From an uncultured Gammaproteobacteria bacterium (GTDB lineage: Bacteria > Patescibacteriota > Microgenomatia > UBA12405): a stretch of DNA of 47,697 nucleotides. The translations under genes were made by a program, and so were the position numbers. This document shows positions 10,135-17,626 of the stretch, piece after piece. The notes below the pieces were generated by a model. The model was given only the letters and a program-made list of their open reading frames with translations, was not told where the DNA came from and did not search any database. The stretch's first letter is position 1. The number at the start of each line of letters is the position of its first letter. The DNA is taken from positions 1 to 47,697 of the forward strand of contig CAYXLS010000001.1 of NCBI GenBank assembly GCA_964464785.1. The letters run 5' to 3'.

Positions 10135-11273
10135 TAATTATCAAACTTAATATCTAAAGCACAACAACGAAAACATGCAGGGATTATTTTGGATTTTAAA
10201 AATATTTTTCTAAAGTTATTTACTTTATTACTATGCCAAATACCCATTAATGATTGTTGGTGAATATTACCAGCAATAAAACCATGACAAATTTCAACAT
10301 CACCATTACCACGAAGAAAAATTTGTCTAAACGGAGATACACATTTAGATTTTTTACTTGGAAAAACTCCAGTATAATATTTTTCTAAATCTACTTTATC
10401 GTTGATTGAAATTATTAGTTTTTTATTTTTTATTGAAGTGATTTTTTTAATTTTATCTTTAATGGTATTAATTTCTTGTTGATTAAAATAATTTTTTTGA
10501 AAACCTAAATCTTGACCCCAAATATCATTTCCAGTTTTGTATTTTTTATAAAATTTATTTTGGTTTGATTTAATATCATTGTAGTAATAAAAAAAATGAC
10601 TAATAGACCATTGATCAACTTTTATCTTCTTTGCCAAAAAGTATATTTTATTGAAATTTAAATAATTTGATTTGTTGATAACGGTAGCGATTCTGATATT
10701 AGGAAAATGATTTGTTCCTTTTAATTTAATTACTTTTTTTATTCCTTTTATTATTTTATTAAATGAACCCTTGACGTAACCTCGAAGATATTGCGTTTGT
10801 TCATCTGGACCATCAAGCGAAACAGCTAAGAAATCAAGGCCAGAGTTAACAATATTTGAGGCATATTTTTCTAAGAGTAAACCATTTGTAACTAAACCAG
10901 TTGGAATTTTTTTACTATGAAGATATTTAATAATTTTAAAAATTTCTGGATGTAATAATGGTTCACCTCCTGAAAGTTGAAAAGAAATACCTTTTTTATA
11001 GCCCTCTTGTGCAATTTTTTTTATATCTGAAAAAGTCAAAATATTGGTGTATTTTTGTCGAGAATTACCGACATGACACATAGGACATTTAAAATTACAT
11101 TGTTCGGTAATAAAACAATTTATTAATCTAGGAAAATTTGTTGCTTTTTTATTAAAAAAAAATGAATCTGTAAGAGTATTTATAGCAACCTTGGGGTATT
11201 TGATTGCAAGTTCTATTTTTTTAAATAAAGATATATTAATCATGGAAGTATGATTTAGTAATAATATTGGCAT
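10134..11273 (-). CDS. Radical SAM enzyme with a C-terminal SPASM/twitch-like Cys-rich extension
   Basis: 379 aa. CX3CX2C in ITEQCNFKCPMCHV. C-terminal CVSPFRQIFLRGNGDVEIC (CX12GX4C) and CFRCC. The internal ATG at 11243 (MINISLF) would cut the 38-nt overlap with the upstream gene to 8 nt, so the start is uncertain. Confidence 0.75.
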   Translation of the reverse strand: MPILLLNHTSMINISLFKKIELAIKYPKVAINTLTDSFFFNKKATNFPRLINCFITEQCNFKCPMCHVGNSRQKYTNILTFSDIKKIAQEGYKKGISFQLSGGEPLLHPEIFKIIKYLHSKKIPTGLVTNGLLLEKYASNIVNSGLDFLAVSLDGPDEQTQYLRGYVKGSFNKIIKGIKKVIKLKGTNHFPNIRIATVINKSNYLNFNKIYFLAKKIKVDQWSISHFFYYYNDIKSNQNKFYKKYKTGNDIWGQDLGFQKNYFNQQEINTIKDKIKKITSIKNKKLIISINDKVDLEKYYTGVFPSKKSKCVSPFRQIFLRGNGDVEICHGFIAGNIHQQSLMGIWHSNKVNNFRKIFLKSKIIPACFRCCALDIKFDN

Positions 11274-12372
11274 TTTGAGTACCGAATTTTTTTAGAGCAA
11301 AAGAACGACAATTTAATTTCATATCAGTAATGATATTAGGTTTTTGTATAAGTATGTTTATTATTTTTAATAGATTTACTTTGGTTGGATTTATTGAAAT
11401 TCCAACTTGTGGAGAATACATTTTGGAAACAGAACCTTTGTTAGTTGTAATTACAGGTGTTCCACACATTAATGATTCCATTACTATCATTGGTTGAGCT
11501 TCAGGAGCTAATGAAGGTAAAATTGTAAAATCATTGTATTGGTAATATTTTATAATTTCCAATGGTTGTTTTTTCCCTAATATTTTAAAGTTTTTTTGAT
11601 TAGTACTTGACTTTTTTAATTTTTTATAATCCGGGCCGTCACCGATGATAGTAATAACTATCTTTGGATTTTTTTTAGCTAAAAAAAGTAAATTGAATAC
11701 TCCTTTCATACTAATAATTCGACCGACAAATAACAAATTAAGAAGAAATTTAGAATTATTTTTTTTTAATATTGGTTTATAAACTTGAGGATCAAGCCAG
11801 TGATGATATTGACATATTTTTTCTTTATTTATACCTATTTTTTGTAATTGAATGCTTGATTTTTGGCTAACAGTAAGTATTTTATGAAATCCTTGGAAAG
11901 TCCATTTAAAGATTTTTGTAGATATTTTTGATATATCAAGATTTGGATATAAATAATGTGTACTGACAATTAATCTGATATTTTTAATATATAAACAAGA
12001 GATACGAGTGATAAAAGCTGCGGCAAATCCATGAGCATGAATGACATCAACATTTTTTTTATTTTTTAATAAATAAATAAAGCTATTTAAAAGAAGCCCA
12101 GGGATTATATAAATAAATTGTAATAAAGGATAAGAGGTAGTAATGTCGAATATTTTTTTACCAAACCACCAATATCGATGAATTGTTAAATTTTTAGATT
12201 TTTCAACTTTTAAATATTTTTTAACTTTGGTTGTTAGTGGTTTATATGTAAGAACAGTAGTATTATAATTAAGTTTGGTTAAGTGTTCAGTTAAAAGATT
12301 TAAGTGACTTTCAACTCCGCCAATATTAGGTCTGAAAAATGGACAAATAATTAATATGTTTTTTGTTTTCAT
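11236..12372 (-). CDS. GT-B fold glycosyltransferase, family 4 (GT1-superfamily) type
   Basis: 378 aa. N-terminus ILIICPFFRPNIGGVESH. C-terminal EX7E motif in APEAQPMIVMESLMCGTPVITT. Confidence 0.75.
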   Translation of the reverse strand: MKTKNILIICPFFRPNIGGVESHLNLLTEHLTKLNYNTTVLTYKPLTTKVKKYLKVEKSKNLTIHRYWWFGKKIFDITTSYPLLQFIYIIPGLLLNSFIYLLKNKKNVDVIHAHGFAAAFITRISCLYIKNIRLIVSTHYLYPNLDISKISTKIFKWTFQGFHKILTVSQKSSIQLQKIGINKEKICQYHHWLDPQVYKPILKKNNSKFLLNLLFVGRIISMKGVFNLLFLAKKNPKIVITIIGDGPDYKKLKKSSTNQKNFKILGKKQPLEIIKYYQYNDFTILPSLAPEAQPMIVMESLMCGTPVITTNKGSVSKMYSPQVGISINPTKVNLLKIINILIQKPNIITDMKLNCRSFALKKFGTQNANIITKSYFHD

Positions 12373-13392
12373 TTAGAAATTCCACCAAAAAGTTCTAAGT
12401 TTACAATTTTGGCATAATTTTAAATTATTAGTGTCAATATTTAAATGTTTTTTTCTAATATATTCAAAATTTTTATTTTTCCATATTGATGCAATAGAAT
12501 CTTTTTTGGCATTACCTAGTATAATTTCGCCTTCAATATCTTGACAACAAAGAGAAATGGTTCCATCCCAATTAATTAACATTTCAGTAAAAGGAAGTCG
12601 ACAGGGAGATCGACTAAAAGAAACATAATTGTTTATGGATAAGTCAAGATTTAATTTTTTTTTGTTTGACCAATCATGGATTTGTGAGATACAAACTTTA
12701 TCAACTAGTTTTTTCCATTTATTGAGAAATTTTTTAGTTTCTTTTTTATTAAGATTAAATTCTAAAAAGTCTATAATAATTTTCGGTTTATTTGTTTTTA
12801 GCTTTTTTTTAAGACTTATTAAATATTTTATATTTTTTTGAACTAAGTCATAATTTAATCCAATTCTTATTTTTTGATATGTTTTTTTGGTAAAAGCGTC
12901 AACACTGATAAAAATTTCGTCTAAACCGGAATTAATAATATCTTTAGCAATTTTTGGAGTTAATAGTGTACCGTTGGTATTGGTAGATACTCGTAAAATA
13001 TTTTTTGATTTAGCATATTTGACTTTCCAGGAAAAATTTTTATCTGTTAATGGTTCGCCAAAATTATGTAAATTTATATATTTTATATTTAATTTTTCTG
13101 TCTGATTTATAATATTTTTATATAATTTTTTTGACATTGTTCCTTTTTTCCTTTTCATCGTTGGATAAGGACACATAAAACATCGACCATTACAAATATT
13201 AGTGTTTTCGATTCTAAGGCTAAAAGGTTTATTTCTATATTTATTTATTACTAGGGCTATTTTCTTTTTTAAAAAAAATTGGTAGATGTTATTTTGTAAA
13301 AATATCTTTTTTGATAAAAACCAGTTAAACATTTTTTTTATAGGATAATTGTACAGAATAGTGTCTAGTATTATTTTGTTTATTGTCGCCAT
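12373..13392 (-). CDS. Radical SAM enzyme with a C-terminal SPASM/twitch-like Cys-rich extension
   Basis: 339 aa. CX3CX2C in ENTNICNGRCFMCPY. C-terminal CRLPFTEMLINWDGTISLCC (CX12GX4C) and LCQNCK (CX2C). Confidence 0.75.
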   Translation of the reverse strand: MATINKIILDTILYNYPIKKMFNWFLSKKIFLQNNIYQFFLKKKIALVINKYRNKPFSLRIENTNICNGRCFMCPYPTMKRKKGTMSKKLYKNIINQTEKLNIKYINLHNFGEPLTDKNFSWKVKYAKSKNILRVSTNTNGTLLTPKIAKDIINSGLDEIFISVDAFTKKTYQKIRIGLNYDLVQKNIKYLISLKKKLKTNKPKIIIDFLEFNLNKKETKKFLNKWKKLVDKVCISQIHDWSNKKKLNLDLSINNYVSFSRSPCRLPFTEMLINWDGTISLCCQDIEGEIILGNAKKDSIASIWKNKNFEYIRKKHLNIDTNNLKLCQNCKLRTFWWNF

Positions 13393-14396
13393 TGTTGTCG
13401 ATTTAATTGTTTTAATATTCCTAACTTATTTTTTATAGTGTTGATAGTATAAAGATAGAGAGTAATAAAACAAGCTACTGGATGTAAAAACCAAGCGACA
13501 TCAGGTTTGTTGTAAAAACCCCTAATACTATCGAATAAGGGGGGAAATAAAAAAATTGTGTACAAAGAAAATTTTATAACACCTGATTTATTGGTATTGT
13601 CCCAATTGTATTGCCTTAAATTTTGATAATAAAAATAATCAGTGATACGACGATTTTGTTTACGAATAAATTTTTTGAATGAACTTTCACAAAAAGTATG
13701 GATAATCCCCTGTTTTACTTTGGCAAAATAAATTGATTTTTTTGATTTGTTTAAATATTGACTGATAATGTCTATGTCAAAAAGATAATCAGATTTTAAA
13801 TTTTTTTTGAGAAAGTCAGCTCTAAAAATTGTGCCATTGGCACCAATAGTGGGAATTGGTAATTTTGGTTTCAGTTCTGCTTTAATATAATTTGGATAGT
13901 CTATTTGATTTATTTTTAAACCAGTCCATTTGAAATTTATAAAATTTTTCCGATCATAAACGCCAGTTACAAAAGCATAAGGATCATTGATGCCAAAAAG
14001 AGCTGAGTATCTTTCGATGTAACCGGCATTTTTTCGATAAGTAAAAAATAATGGTTCAGATCCGATTAAAGAGGTGTCTTTGTCTAGTATATCTAAATTG
14101 GTTTTCAACCAAGATTTTGTTGGCAATATATTGTCTGAATCAATTAAGGCAATGTATTTGCCTTTAGCGATTTTGACTCCAACTGCTTTGCCAGCTTCAG
14201 CGGTTTTGAGTAGGTTTGAGACTATTTGGGCATGATATTTTTGGGCTATTTGGAGGGTTTTGTCGGTGGAACCACCGTCAGATATTATTATTTCATAATC
14301 TTTAGAAATGATAGATTGTTTTTTGATGGATTTTAGACAAATTTCTAAAACCTTTTCAGCATTGAGAGTAGGGATAACAAATGAAACTTTTATCAT
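13380..14396 (-). CDS. Family 2 glycosyltransferase
   Basis: 338 aa. VSFVIPTLNAEKV, ISDGGSTDKT and LIDSDN (DxD). Hydrophobic C-terminal region. Confidence 0.8.
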   Translation of the reverse strand: MIKVSFVIPTLNAEKVLEICLKSIKKQSIISKDYEIIISDGGSTDKTLQIAQKYHAQIVSNLLKTAEAGKAVGVKIAKGKYIALIDSDNILPTKSWLKTNLDILDKDTSLIGSEPLFFTYRKNAGYIERYSALFGINDPYAFVTGVYDRKNFINFKWTGLKINQIDYPNYIKAELKPKLPIPTIGANGTIFRADFLKKNLKSDYLFDIDIISQYLNKSKKSIYFAKVKQGIIHTFCESSFKKFIRKQNRRITDYFYYQNLRQYNWDNTNKSGVIKFSLYTIFLFPPLFDSIRGFYNKPDVAWFLHPVACFITLYLYTINTIKNKLGILKQLNRQQWRQ

Positions 14397-15886
14397 GAGA
14401 AATCTTTTAATTTTTTAATATATTTAAAAGCATAATTTGTCAGATGCTTTATATCATCAAAGTTTCTAATTGAGATAATTTTTTTTATAATAAATTTTGG
14501 AGTAATTACACCTTTAAATAAATTTTGAATTAACTCTATTTGAGTTTGTGGTGGGATAGGTGATTTAATTATGGGTTGACGCATATCGTAATCATTCCAA
14601 TTAGTAGTCAAAAGTAAATTGTTTTTTTGACAATAGTTAAAAAGTGGAGTTCCGGGATAAGGAATAAGTAAAGTTGCTTGAAGACTGTCAGCTAAGTTGT
14701 TTTGAAAGATAAAACGAGCTAGATTTAAGGTTTTTTGAGATTCGCGAAGTGTTTCATTTGGATAACCAATCATAGTGGTGACATGTGGTTCAAGTTTAGC
14801 TTTTTTGGTCATTTTTAAAGTTTTTAGGGCAGCTGAAGTCTTTTCGTTTTTGTTGACAAATAAGAGGGTTTTTTGATTAGCAGATTCCAGGCCATATAGA
14901 ATAAATCTAAAGCCAGATTTTTTCATCAAAAAATATTCTTTTTGACTTAAGGCTCCAAAGCGCATATTACAGCCTAAAGCTACTTTTTTGTTTAGACCTC
15001 GGGTTATAAGTTGATTACATAAATCATTTAACCATTTACCAATAGGAAGTGTCCCAGAATCATCAAAAATTTCTTTAACACCAAAGTTATAAACTAAATT
15101 TTCAATTTCTTTAAGAGTGTGTTTAACTGAAAATGAGTGAAAATTTTTGCCTGGAAACAAGGTAACCCAGCTCCAAAAAGTGCATTTTCCCCACCAACAA
15201 TCTCGACCAGACATGATGTAACTACCGGGTTTGTATTTATAGTTAGTATTGTTATAAGCATAAAGTTGCCATTGAGTTAATTTTCTGTCAATTATAGGTA
15301 ATTTAGCTAAGTTAATTGATTTTTGGAGTTTATAAATTTTATCTTTAGGAGCATTGCCTTTATTAATAAGATCAATTAATTCTTCAAGTAAAAAATCATA
15401 ATGACCACCAATTAATACATAGTCTACTTTACAATTATCAATTGATTCTTGAGGAAGTGCCGTGACATGGTCACCCATAAGGACTACAAGTGGTTTCCAG
15501 CGACATTCTTTTTTAATTTGATTGATTATTTGCCAATGCTTTTTGACGACTGGAGTTTTAGTTTCAATAGCAATTAAATCTGGTTTATTTTTTTTAAGCT
15601 CTTTAAACCAAACTTTATAACTAAGATTTTTAGCAATGGCGTCATCCCAAAATATTTTTAAACCTTGTTTACTAAGTAAAGAAGCAGCATAAGCTGGAAC
15701 TATTGGGTAAATGACGTTGCCGGTATTAGTCCATTGGAATTGACGATTTTGAGATAAAAAGGCAGTTCCCTTTGGAGATTCTAGTGGTGGATAAGAAAAA
15801 GAAATAGATTTAACCACCAATGTATTTGCCAGTTTTTTGGTCAAACGAGTGGGGTTTAAATTTGACGTCTTTTTTGGATAAACCAT
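14393..15886 (-). CDS. Cobalamin-binding-domain radical-SAM-like protein with an incomplete Fe-S cysteine motif
   Basis: 497 aa. The layout matches the other class B enzymes (N-terminal Rossmann-like region, central barrel region). The cluster motif reads SGRDCWWGKCTFWSW, that is C-X4-C-X2-W, with TGG where a third Cys codon is expected. The 77-nt overlap with the upstream gene would shrink to 8-11 nt if GTG (15817) or TTG (15820) is the real start. Confidence 0.6.
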   Translation of the reverse strand: MVYPKKTSNLNPTRLTKKLANTLVVKSISFSYPPLESPKGTAFLSQNRQFQWTNTGNVIYPIVPAYAASLLSKQGLKIFWDDAIAKNLSYKVWFKELKKNKPDLIAIETKTPVVKKHWQIINQIKKECRWKPLVVLMGDHVTALPQESIDNCKVDYVLIGGHYDFLLEELIDLINKGNAPKDKIYKLQKSINLAKLPIIDRKLTQWQLYAYNNTNYKYKPGSYIMSGRDCWWGKCTFWSWVTLFPGKNFHSFSVKHTLKEIENLVYNFGVKEIFDDSGTLPIGKWLNDLCNQLITRGLNKKVALGCNMRFGALSQKEYFLMKKSGFRFILYGLESANQKTLLFVNKNEKTSAALKTLKMTKKAKLEPHVTTMIGYPNETLRESQKTLNLARFIFQNNLADSLQATLLIPYPGTPLFNYCQKNNLLLTTNWNDYDMRQPIIKSPIPPQTQIELIQNLFKGVITPKFIIKKIISIRNFDDIKHLTNYAFKYIKKLKDFS

Positions 15887-16787
15887 ACAGGAATAGTATA
15901 CCGTAATAAATATGAGTGATGGGAATTGTTAGAGTGGCTAAAAGAGAGGGCAAAAGCTTATTTTTCTTAATTAGAAATATTACTAAAGTTATAAGTAATA
16001 TTGATAAATATATATATAATGGAATATACAATAAAATATTGTTAAATATTAAAATATTTAAAATTAATAATAATAAGTAAAAGACAAAAAAAGAAGGTAA
16101 AAGATATCCGATTTTAAAAGAAGTTTCAGGGAATTTTTTAGCAAAAAATCCACGTTGAATGGCGTATCGAGTAATTTGTTGAAGGTGAGGCATAATAACT
16201 GAGCGACGATGATGGAAAACTACTAAAGATGGGTGATAATAAATTTTTAAATTAAATTTTTTAGTTAGATTTAGACAAAGAACAGTATCTTCTCCTGGCC
16301 AATATTGATTATCAAAAGAACCAGCTTTAAAAAAGTCTGTTTTTTTGACAATTAAATTAACACTGGGATAATCTTCAACAAATCTTGATGGTTTAATACT
16401 ATTTCGATAAACTCCAGCTCCACCACTACCAAGAAAACTAGACCAAACTAGACCAGAAGATTGTTGATAAAGATTGTCTTTAGGTGGAGTTAGACATGGA
16501 CCACAAAAAGAAGCGTAATTGGGGTGTTTAGTTACTAGTTTTTGGGCTTGTTTAAAATAATTTTTTGAAGGAAAAGAATCATCATCAAAAAAAACTAAGT
16601 AATCACCCTTAGCTTTTTTAGCACCTAGATTTCTTTTTTCTGATGGATTAGCAGAACCCGAAACCTTATCGGTAATAACTAAGATTTCAAAATTTTTAAT
16701 TGTTTGTTTTTTTAAGGCTATAATAGTTTCTTGGAGATAACTATTTTCCTTACGTATAGGTATAATTATAGAAAAGATAATTTTCAT
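15810..16787 (-). CDS. Family 2 glycosyltransferase with a C-terminal multi-helix membrane anchor
   Basis: 325 aa. FSIIIPIRKEN, the FFDDDS DxD motif and WPGEDTVLC. The last roughly 110 aa contain several hydrophobic helices (LLPSFFVFYLLLLILNILIF..., LSILLITLVIFLI...). Confidence 0.75.
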   Translation of the reverse strand: MKIIFSIIIPIRKENSYLQETIIALKKQTIKNFEILVITDKVSGSANPSEKRNLGAKKAKGDYLVFFDDDSFPSKNYFKQAQKLVTKHPNYASFCGPCLTPPKDNLYQQSSGLVWSSFLGSGGAGVYRNSIKPSRFVEDYPSVNLIVKKTDFFKAGSFDNQYWPGEDTVLCLNLTKKFNLKIYYHPSLVVFHHRRSVIMPHLQQITRYAIQRGFFAKKFPETSFKIGYLLPSFFVFYLLLLILNILIFNNILLYIPLYIYLSILLITLVIFLIKKNKLLPSLLATLTIPITHIYYGILFLYGLSKKDVKFKPHSFDQKTGKYIGG

Positions 16788-16794
16788 ATAGTGT

Positions 16795-16815
16795 TTATAT
16801 TATGTCATAATATAA
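16795..16815. promoter_or_regulatory. Perfect 21-bp palindrome centred in the 35-bp divergent gap. Candidate back-to-back extended -10 promoters and/or an operator
   Basis: TTATATTATG-T-CATAATATAA (10+1+10) is centred at 16805, which is also the midpoint of the 16788-16822 gap. It reads TGnCATAAT on both strands. Each copy lies 11 nt upstream of its start codon (ATG at 16823 on plus, ATG at 16787 on minus). Confidence 0.4.
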
Positions 16816-16822
16816 GTATTTA

Positions 16823-17626
16823 ATGAAATTAAAAGAAAAAGTTGAAAATATTTTCCGTACATTTGTAGAAAGTATCATTAATAATGATAATAATAATTAT
16901 CATGGATATTTAGAGGGAACCTTAGGAATAATTAACTCAAAAATATATATGATGGGTATTCACGAGGAGATTAATTTATGTAATAAATATTTTAAAAAAA
17001 ATGGAAATGTGTTAGATTTTGGAACTGGTGCTGGTTTACATAGTTGGATTTTATCTTTTAGAAATTTTCAAATAGATGGAATAGATATAGATAATTTTGG
17101 GAAAATTGATGGGAATACTAGAGCTACATTAAATATGGCAAGAGATCAAAAAGTATTATGGAATAAATTATCAAATTACAATTCAAATTTAAAATTTAAA
17201 CATTATTCCGGAAATATTCCTTATAAAGGAAATTATTTTGATGGAGTGATTGCGTCTGCAGTTTTAGAACACATACCAATAAAAATACGAAACAAGATAA
17301 TTAAAGAAATATATAGAGTTATTAAACCAGGCGGATATCTTTTAATATCAAGATTACCTAGAAAATATTCTTATACAGAAGCATTATGTCGAATATTCGG
17401 TTTAGGCCATCATCAAAATCTTTTTTTAAAAAGCGAATCGATAAAAATGATAACAGAAGTAGGATTTATTGTAGAAAAATTTTGGTTTACAGACTTATTC
17501 CCATCTTATCCTGTTTCTATTGCTAATAAATTATTCAAAATATTTAATTTTTTAGAGCCTATTTTAATTAAAACACCAATAAAACTTATTTCACACGATT
17601 TTAGAATTTTAGCAAAAAAATTATAA
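16823..17626 (+). CDS. Class I SAM-dependent methyltransferase
   Basis: 267 aa. Motif I VLDFGTGAGLHS, DGVIASAVLEHIP and IKPGGYLLIS. It is the only plus-strand gene inside the minus-strand array. Confidence 0.7.
   Translation: MKLKEKVENIFRTFVESIINNDNNNYHGYLEGTLGIINSKIYMMGIHEEINLCNKYFKKNGNVLDFGTGAGLHSWILSFRNFQIDGIDIDNFGKIDGNTRATLNMARDQKVLWNKLSNYNSNLKFKHYSGNIPYKGNYFDGVIASAVLEHIPIKIRNKIIKEIYRVIKPGGYLLISRLPRKYSYTEALCRIFGLGHHQNLFLKSESIKMITEVGFIVEKFWFTDLFPSYPVSIANKLFKIFNFLEPILIKTPIKLISHDFRILAKKL

Noticed and set aside
2912-13392. A RiPP locus (SPASM radical SAM maturases acting on a small precursor peptide).
   Set aside because: Gaps between co-directional genes are 0-12 nt, so no co-directional small ORF fits. 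The neighbours are GTs, not proteases or transporters. The C-terminal Cys pattern is reduced relative to peptide-modifying SPASM domains. A precursor encoded elsewhere cannot be excluded.
15810-15886. The 77-nt overlap between the GT2 and the B12-rSAM-like gene as a sign of a frameshift, a fused gene or a pseudogene. Similar cases are the 28-49-nt overlaps at 11236-11273, 23534-23568, 33613-33652, 43068-43116 and 44501-44528.
   Set aside because: This is more simply explained by the longest-ORF convention. In-frame GTG (15817) or TTG (15820) starts cut the overlap to 8-11 nt, and an internal ATG at 11243 does the same for the 10134-11273 gene. Both flanking proteins look complete.
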